In this document: positions 6,572 to 11,861 of the stretch, one piece after another | How positions within the stretch are numbered: the stretch's first letter is position 1 | How the letters are laid out: each line of letters begins with the position of its first letter | IMG/VR virus record: IMGVR_UViG_2585427739_000006 | Strand: one strand, 5' to 3' | Source of the DNA: a virus | Lineage: Duplodnaviria > Heunggongvirae > Uroviricota > Caudoviricetes | Length of the DNA stretch: 11,861 bases | Program-made: the position numbers and the translations under genes | Notes under the pieces: generated by a model | The model's input: the letters and a program-made list of their open reading frames with translations, nothing else | What the model was told of the DNA's origin: nothing | The model's database searches: none

Positions 6572-6634
6572 TTACCAGATTTAGACATCTATTCCCGATA
6601 GCCCTGCTCTGATGCCACACTCTGTGCTATTTTC

Positions 6635-7096
6635 ATGACCCCAATAAAAATATTTATGACTATTGCTGATTTCAAACGGCCTAAATTGGAGCTCCCAAAC
6701 GGGGCAAACAAACTACTACTGCACTCTTGCTGTGCTCCATGTTCCGGTGAAGTGATGGAGGCGCTTCAGGCCTCGGGAATCGACTATACCATCTTTTTCT
6801 ACAACCCGAACATTCATCCTCAGAAAGAGTATTTAATTCGTAAGGATGAGAATATTCGCTTTGCTGAACAACACGGCGTGCCATTTATTGATGCTGATTA
6901 CGACACAGACAACTGGTTTGAACGTGCCAAAGGAATGGAATGGGAACCCGAGAGGGGGATCCGTTGTACCATGTGTTTTGACATGCGTTTTGAGCGGACA
7001 GCGCTGTACGCTGCTGAAAATGGTTTCAGTGTGATCAGCAGTTCACTGGGCATTTCACGCTGGAAAAATATGCAGCAGGTTACCGTCACTGGATAA
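6635..7096 (+). CDS. QueH/DUF208-like protein (153 aa), possibly C-terminally truncated
   Basis: Contains [20 protein letters not shown] and [11 protein letters not shown], which match the signature motifs I associate with the DUF208/QueH family. It is shorter than typical QueH and ends at a TAA that is in frame with the next gene. No ribosome-binding site at either candidate ATG (6635, 6656). Confidence 0.5.
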   Translation: MTPIKIFMTIADFKRPKLELPNGANKLLLHSCCAPCSGEVMEALQASGIDYTIFFYNPNIHPQKEYLIRKDENIRFAEQHGVPFIDADYDTDNWFERAKGMEWEPERGIRCTMCFDMRFERTALYAAENGFSVISSSLGISRWKNMQQVTVTG

Positions 7097-7171
7097 TCTC
7101 AGTCAGATTGCCTTACTCCGAACGCCCACCGCGTCCGTCCCGTACATTCCAGCAACGCATCTGGAGGTAAC

Positions 7172-8221
7172 GTGCGGGTATTACTTCAACCTGTTCTGGT
7201 ACCGGAACTCGGGCTGGTGGTCGTTAAGCCGGGCCGTGAATCCATGCCGGTATTCCACAATACCCGGGTACTGGTGGAGCCGGAACCGAAAAGCATGCGT
7301 AATCTGCCGTCCGGGGTCGTTCCTGCCGTTCGCCAGCCGCTGGTGGAAGACAAAACATTGCTGCCGTTTTTCAGTAACGCACGGGTAATTCGTGCTGCTG
7401 GTGGTGCTGGTGCATTGTCTGACTGGCTGTTGCGCCATATTAAATCCTGCCAGTGGCCACACGGCGATTATCATCACAGCGAAACCGTTATTCACCGTTA
7501 TGGTACCGGCGCAATGGTGTTGTGCTGGCACTGCGACAACCAGCTGCGTGACCAGACATCCGAATCACTCGAGCAACTTGCTCATCAAAACCTGTCAGCA
7601 TGGATGATTGACGTCATCGGTCACGCAATAAGCGGTACGCAGGAGCGTGAATTATCTCTGGCTGAATTATCCTGGTGGGCGGTCCGCAATCAGGTGGCGG
7701 ACGCGCTACCGGAAGTGGTATTACGTCGCTCGCTGGGATTACCAGCGGAAAAAAACTGCTCGGTGTACCGCGAAAGCGACATCGTACCGGGAGAGCAGAC
7801 CGCCACCAGCATATTGAAACAGCGCACAAAAAATCTTGCACCGTTGCCTCACGCCCACCAGCAACAAAACCCATCACAGGAAAAGACGGTGGTAAGCATC
7901 ACCGTTGATCCAGAGTCTCCGGAATCTTTCATGAAGCTGCCTAAACGTCACCGTTGGGTTAAGGAGAAATACACACGCTGGGTTAAGACACAGCCGTGTG
8001 CTTGCTGCGGTATGCCAGCCGACGATCCGCATCATCTGATTGGTCACGGGCAGGGCGGAATGGGAACCAAAGCACATGATCTCTTTGTGTTGCCTTTGTG
8101 CAGAAAGCATCACGACGAGTTGCATACGGATACCGTGGCATTTGAAGAGAAGTATGGCTCCCAACTGGAGCTGATTTTTCGATTTATCGATCGCGCGCTG
8201 GCAATTGGTGTGCTGGCCTAA
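7172..8221 (+). CDS. DUF968 (YdfU-like) protein with C-terminal HNH-type zinc-finger nuclease motif, 349 aa
   Basis: GTG start at 7172 with GGAGG at 7163..7167. C-terminus has [18 protein letters not shown]...[10 protein letters not shown] (CxxC...HH...CxxHH). Its length and its position just upstream of Q match Qin YdfU as I recall it. Confidence 0.78.
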   Translation: MRVLLQPVLVPELGLVVVKPGRESMPVFHNTRVLVEPEPKSMRNLPSGVVPAVRQPLVEDKTLLPFFSNARVIRAAGGAGALSDWLLRHIKSCQWPHGDYHHSETVIHRYGTGAMVLCWHCDNQLRDQTSESLEQLAHQNLSAWMIDVIGHAISGTQERELSLAELSWWAVRNQVADALPEVVLRRSLGLPAEKNCSVYRESDIVPGEQTATSILKQRTKNLAPLPHAHQQQNPSQEKTVVSITVDPESPESFMKLPKRHRWVKEKYTRWVKTQPCACCGMPADDPHHLIGHGQGGMGTKAHDLFVLPLCRKHHDELHTDTVAFEEKYGSQLELIFRFIDRALAIGVLA

Positions 8222-8238
8222 TTTTGTGGAGTAAGTTG

Positions 8239-8616
8239 ATGCGTGATATTCAGATGGTTCTTGAGCGTTGGGGGGCATGGGCGGCTAATAATCATGAAGA
8301 TGTGACCTGGTCGTCCATTGCCGCCGGTTTTAAGGGATTAATTCCTTCAAAAGTAAGATCTCGTCCGCAATGCTGTGACGATGACGCGATGATCATTTGT
8401 GAATGTATGGCTCGCCTGAAAAAAAACAACAGCGATTTACATGATTTATTGGTGGACTATTATGTCGGCGGCATGACTTTTATGGCGCTTGCACGTAAGC
8501 ATGGGCGATCTGATTGTTGGGTTGGCAGGATGCTCCAGAAAGCTGAGGGCGTAGTGGAGGGCATGCTGATGGTGTTGGATCTCCGATTGGAGATGGATGC
8601 TGATTGTTCGAAATAA
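8239..8616 (+). CDS. Late-gene antiterminator Q, short phage-82/DLP12 QuuD type (125 aa)
   Basis: ATG at 8239 with GGAG 7 nt upstream. The protein [24 protein letters not shown]... resembles the short Q family as I recall it, and it is followed by a short leader and intrinsic terminator as expected for a pR'-tR' unit. Confidence 0.75.
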   Translation: MRDIQMVLERWGAWAANNHEDVTWSSIAAGFKGLIPSKVRSRPQCCDDDAMIICECMARLKKNNSDLHDLLVDYYVGGMTFMALARKHGRSDCWVGRMLQKAEGVVEGMLMVLDLRLEMDADCSK

Positions 8617-8628
8617 TTAAAGGAAAAG

Positions 8629-8657
8629 TTGCTGTCTGATTTTCATTAGTCTAACAT
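8629..8657 (+). promoter_or_regulatory. Candidate late promoter (pR'-like)
   Basis: TTGCTG (8629..8634), 17-bp spacer, TAACAT (8652..8657). An imperfect palindrome AACATTTTAAATGTT (8653..8667) overlaps the -10/start region. Weak hexamers; speculative. Confidence 0.2.
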
Positions 8658-8715
8658 TTTAAATGTTGGAATCGCAACGTAGTTATTATCATATAACAGC
8701 TTGTTTCCTGATTTA

Positions 8716-8743
8716 GCCAGCCTCCCCAAAGGCTGGTTTTTTT
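8716..8743 (+). terminator. Rho-independent terminator (tR'-like), the expected target of Q antitermination
   Basis: Stem CCAGCCT (8717..8723) pairs with AGGCTGG (8730..8736) around loop CCCCAA, followed by seven T (8737..8743). An A-tract precedes it on the other strand, so it may also act weakly on the convergent blc transcript. Confidence 0.8.
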
Positions 8744-8771
8744 CTAATAAGTATCATTTCGGGTGGGGATT

Positions 8772-9296
8772 TTATTGTTTAACCCATAATAGTTCATTGA
8801 CATTGAATCCCAACTTTTGAGCGGTACGCACATAGTCTGCTTTTACATTATCTGGAATAGTTTGGGTCCTTGCCAGAATCCATAGGTATTCTCTGTTCGG
8901 ACCACTGACAAGAGCATACTTATACTCATCATCCAGTTTGATTACATTATAGCCACCATAGAAGGGGCCAAAAAACGAAACTTTCAACGCTGCAGTTTTA
9001 GTATCTCCAGTAAAGTATGCTTTACCTTCGCTCTCGCTCCATTTGTTTTTCGTTGGATCGTATCCACGGTTAAGTACGCGAATCCCTCCGTCGTTCCGTT
9101 TTTCATAAGTAGCGCTGACCTGTTCCAGACCACGTTCGAACCAGTTCTCGAGGCGAGCTATTTCATACCATTTTCCGAGGTAGCGGTTGGCGTCAAAATT
9201 TGTAATCGGCTGCACACCTTTAGGTGGTGTCGGGGCCTTACATGCTATAAGAGTGAAAGAGAGTGCAATGCCAGTCAACACAGGCCATAACTTCAT
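8772..9296 (-). CDS. blc: Bacterial lipocalin Blc-family outer-membrane lipoprotein (174 aa), diverged from E. coli chromosomal Blc
   Basis: Signal peptide with lipobox LIAC (Cys19). Conserved lipocalin segments NFDANRYLGKWYEIAR, GKAYFTG, ALKVSFFGPFYGGYNVI and YLWILART. AGGA 8 nt upstream of the ATG at 9296. Confidence 0.88.
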   Translation of the reverse strand: MKLWPVLTGIALSFTLIACKAPTPPKGVQPITNFDANRYLGKWYEIARLENWFERGLEQVSATYEKRNDGGIRVLNRGYDPTKNKWSESEGKAYFTGDTKTAALKVSFFGPFYGGYNVIKLDDEYKYALVSGPNREYLWILARTQTIPDNVKADYVRTAQKLGFNVNELLWVKQ

Positions 9297-9356
9297 AATA
9301 AATCCTGTACTTTTGATAGTTGAGAGGTAAGCGTCAACGGAGCACCGTATTGACGC

Positions 9357-10970
9357 TTATTTATTAGTGAGTACTACGTTCCATGGCAGGAGTTCGTCAA
9401 CTCGGTTGGAAGGCCATTCCGGCAGTACGCTCAGGATATGGCGCAGATACGCTTCCGGATCGATACCATTCAACCGGCAGGTGCCGATCAGCCCGTACAA
9501 CAGTGCACCACGCTCGCCGCCGTGATCGCTACCGAAGAACACGTAATTTTTCTTTCCGAGACAGACTGCACGAAGCGCTCTTTCCGCTGTGTTATTGTCC
9601 GCCTCCGCCAGACCGTCATCACAGAAGTTGCACAACGCAACCCAGTGCTTCCTGATATACCGGAACGCATCTCTCAGACGGCATTTTTTCGATAACGTGT
9701 GTTCTTTCTCCTGCATCAGCTTATACAGGGAAGTCAGTAGCGGTTTACTCTGCATTTGCCTGACCGCCAGGCGTTCAGACACCGGCAACCCGCGTATTTC
9801 GTGCTCAATGGCGTACAGTTCGCCGATTAGTTTCAGTGCTTCTTCCGCCGTCGCGCTTTTGGTACTGATATATACATCGTGGATTTTGCGCCGCGCATGA
9901 GCCCAGCATCCTGCTTCCGTCAACGCGCCGCCTTCACGTTCGGCACTGAACAGCCGATCGTAACCTGCGAACGCATCTGCCTGCAGGATACCCCGGAAGG
10001 GACGAAGGTGTTGCTCCGGATGTTTACCCTGATGGTCCGGTGAGTAGGCGAACCAGACCGCCGGAGGTTCTGGCGAACCGGCATTTCGGTCATCCCGGAC
10101 ATACGTCCAGATATATCCTGTTTTCGCCTTCTTCCTGCCCGGTGCCAGTACTTTTACTGGTGTGTCATCAGTGTGAACCTTGCGGGTGTTCATCACATAA
10201 CTGTACAGGGCATCATTCAGCGGCGTCATTAACTGGCAGCACGCATCAACCCAGTTGGAGAGTAAGGCACGGCTCAGTTCGACACCCTGGCGGGCAAAGA
10301 TTTCACTCTGACGATACAGTGGCAGGTGTTCGCAGTATTTTCCCGTTAACACGCGGGCAAGTAACCCCGGGCCCGCGATACCACGCTCTATCGGACGGGA
10401 TGGTGCCGGTGCTTCAACGATGCAGTCACATTTTGTACAGGCTTTTTTTACCCGTTCTGTGCGGATCACTTTCAGGGCGCTGCTCACCAGTTCCAGTTGT
10501 TCTGCGCTGACTTCCCCCAGATAATCCAGCTCACCGCCACACTCCGGGCAACAGCTTTCTTCAGGCTCCAGGCGGTATATTTCACGGGGGAGATGTGCCG
10601 GTAACGGACGACGATGGCGCGACTGTCGCAACTGGCGGGGAACCAGCGGGTCATCCTCACGCCCACTGTAACGATCGCTTTCCTGCTCGCGTTGTTTCAG
10701 CAGGGCTTCAGCCTGTTCAACCTCACGACGCAGTTTTTCAGAACGGGTTCCGAACAGCATCCGGCGCAGTTTTTCTATCTGAGCCCGCAGATGCTCTATT
10801 TCCCGTTCATCTTCTTCGATCTTTTCTTCGGCACGTGCCAGTGCAGAGCGCAGGAAGGCCTCCGTCTCTTCAACCAGACTCAGTTGCTGGTCTTTCTGAC
10901 GGAGGGCTTCAGCCTGCTCAGAGAGCAGCCTTTCCAGCTCAGCGATGCGAATGAGGTATTTCTGACTCAT
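9357..10970 (-). CDS. IS66-family transposase TnpC (537 aa)
   Basis: Long ORF with a coiled-coil/leucine-zipper-like N-terminus, a CxxC...CxxC zinc-finger region (CCPECGG...CTKCDC) and an acidic catalytic core, as in IS66 TnpC. Confidence 0.9.
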   Translation of the reverse strand: MSQKYLIRIAELERLLSEQAEALRQKDQQLSLVEETEAFLRSALARAEEKIEEDEREIEHLRAQIEKLRRMLFGTRSEKLRREVEQAEALLKQREQESDRYSGREDDPLVPRQLRQSRHRRPLPAHLPREIYRLEPEESCCPECGGELDYLGEVSAEQLELVSSALKVIRTERVKKACTKCDCIVEAPAPSRPIERGIAGPGLLARVLTGKYCEHLPLYRQSEIFARQGVELSRALLSNWVDACCQLMTPLNDALYSYVMNTRKVHTDDTPVKVLAPGRKKAKTGYIWTYVRDDRNAGSPEPPAVWFAYSPDHQGKHPEQHLRPFRGILQADAFAGYDRLFSAEREGGALTEAGCWAHARRKIHDVYISTKSATAEEALKLIGELYAIEHEIRGLPVSERLAVRQMQSKPLLTSLYKLMQEKEHTLSKKCRLRDAFRYIRKHWVALCNFCDDGLAEADNNTAERALRAVCLGKKNYVFFGSDHGGERGALLYGLIGTCRLNGIDPEAYLRHILSVLPEWPSNRVDELLPWNVVLTNK

Positions 10971-11000
10971 GGCCGTTTTTATAATGCGGTCAGGAGTTTT

Positions 11001-11351
11001 TTACAACATTGTCAGTGCGTTAAGGCGGGATGTTTTTGGCTGACGCCAGTCCAGCTTATCGAGGAGCATTGCCAGTTGCGAGCGGGTAATGGATATCTTA
11101 CCGTCACGCACCGCAGGCCAGATAAACTGACCTTCCTCAAGGCGTTTGGTGAACAGGCACAGACCATCAGCATCAGCCCACAGGATTTTAATCGTGTCTC
11201 CCCGTCGGCCACGGAAGATAAACAGGTGACCGGAGAAGGGGTTATCATCCAGCACATGCTGTATCTGCTCCCCCAGACCGTTGAAGGATTTACGCATATC
11301 AGTAACGCCGGCAACGAGCCAGATACGGGTACCTGATGGGAGTGAAATCAT
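11001..11351 (-). CDS. IS66-family accessory protein TnpB (Orf2, 116 aa)
   Basis: 116-aa ORF whose ATG (11351) overlaps the tnpA stop as ATGA. The sequence MISLPSGTRIWLVAGVTDMRKSFNGL... is typical of IS66 Orf2. Confidence 0.88.
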   Translation of the reverse strand: MISLPSGTRIWLVAGVTDMRKSFNGLGEQIQHVLDDNPFSGHLFIFRGRRGDTIKILWADADGLCLFTKRLEEGQFIWPAVRDGKISITRSQLAMLLDKLDWRQPKTSRLNALTML

Positions 11352-11785
11352 CGTCCCCTCCCGGTCAGCTCACGGATCAACACCGTGAGCAGCTCTGGTG
11401 AAGGATTTTCCAGCATCATTTTACCGTAATGGAATTCCACATGGCAGGAAGCTGCACAAGCACCTGATAATGCCTCCGGAGCAGGAGCATCTGTAGCACA
11501 GCGCGGGGTGTCGATAAGTTCCACTGGAACCAGAGTCGGAGAGGCCGGAAAAGATTGTGATACTGTAGGGCCTACAATAGTTGGAGGCATTCTACGAGAA
11601 ATACGTCCTTCTCTTTGCCAGAGGCGTAGCCATTTAAAAATCAGGTTGTTATCAACGCCATGTTCCCGGGCCAGTTGTGCAACATTGGCATTTGGTTTCG
11701 AAGCCAGTTCAACCATATGAAGTTTAAATTCATTAGAAAATATCCGGCGGGTTCCGGAGCGCCAGTCTGTAGGTTTATCCATCAA
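11348..11785 (-). CDS. IS66-family TnpA (Orf1, 145 aa), helix-turn-helix protein
   Basis: First ORF of the IS66 operon, starting 76 bp from the window edge; N-terminal helix-turn-helix-like region. Confidence 0.85.
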   Translation of the reverse strand: MMDKPTDWRSGTRRIFSNEFKLHMVELASKPNANVAQLAREHGVDNNLIFKWLRLWQREGRISRRMPPTIVGPTVSQSFPASPTLVPVELIDTPRCATDAPAPEALSGACAASCHVEFHYGKMMLENPSPELLTVLIRELTGRGR

Positions 11786-11861
11786 TAGAACTCCGTCTAA
11801 TTTAGAAGGAGCTCTAATTTAGTCTGCAAGGAGCAGGTGTTACAGACGGCATTGGCTTTAC

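Larger units (their letters stand above)
9327..11861 (-). mobile_element. IS66-family insertion sequence (tnpA-tnpB-tnpC), about 2.5 kb, apparently ending at the window edge
   Basis: Three-ORF organisation with ATGA overlap between tnpA and tnpB, typical of the IS66 family. One end starts GTAAGCG at 9327; the reverse complement of the window's last bases starts GTAAAGCC. The length 2535 bp fits the family. Exact inverted-repeat boundaries could not be confirmed. Confidence 0.85.

Noticed and set aside
7181-8278. Minus-strand ORFs inside the DUF968 and Q genes (7181..7531, 7614..7877, 7874..8278)
   Set aside because: Antisense to genes with good ribosome-binding sites and conserved motifs; probably artefacts.
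9383-11336. + strand ORFs antisense to the IS66 transposase genes, including a 240-aa ORF at 10614..11336
   Set aside because: They lie antisense to well-supported IS66 tnpB/tnpC, have no ribosome-binding sites and have skewed, repetitive composition typical of antisense frames in GC-rich genes.

Overview
This window looks like a mosaic lambdoid (Qin/Kim-like) cryptic prophage segment from an enterobacterium, bounded by insertion sequences at both edges. All identifications rest on reading the sequence and recalled knowledge of E. coli K-12 prophage genes; no database search was run. Left to right: the right end of IS1 (1..283); a leftward early operon on the minus strand comprising an 823-aa exonuclease with a C-terminal DEDDh 3'-5' exonuclease domain and a zinc ribbon, then ydfD and dicB (translationally coupled) and the DicF sRNA; an immunity-proximal region with no recognisable HTH repressor but a convergent, 3'-overlapping pair of unknown genes (3800..4334); a rightward operon with a YdaT-like regulator, a lambda O-like replication initiator carrying five embedded ~23-bp iterons plus an AT-rich repeat block (ori), a small unknown protein, a QueH/DUF208-like ORF separated by a single in-frame TAA from a DUF968/HNH protein (YdfU-like), and a short Q-type antiterminator followed by an intrinsic terminator (tR'-like). 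The expected late/lysis region is absent from the window; instead there is a diverged blc lipocalin lipoprotein gene on the opposite strand and a complete-looking IS66-family element (tnpA-tnpB-tnpC) whose end lies 30 bp upstream of blc and whose other end coincides with the window edge. The most unexplained content is the 3800..4334 gene pair, the exonuclease architecture, and the QueH-like/DUF968 arrangement.
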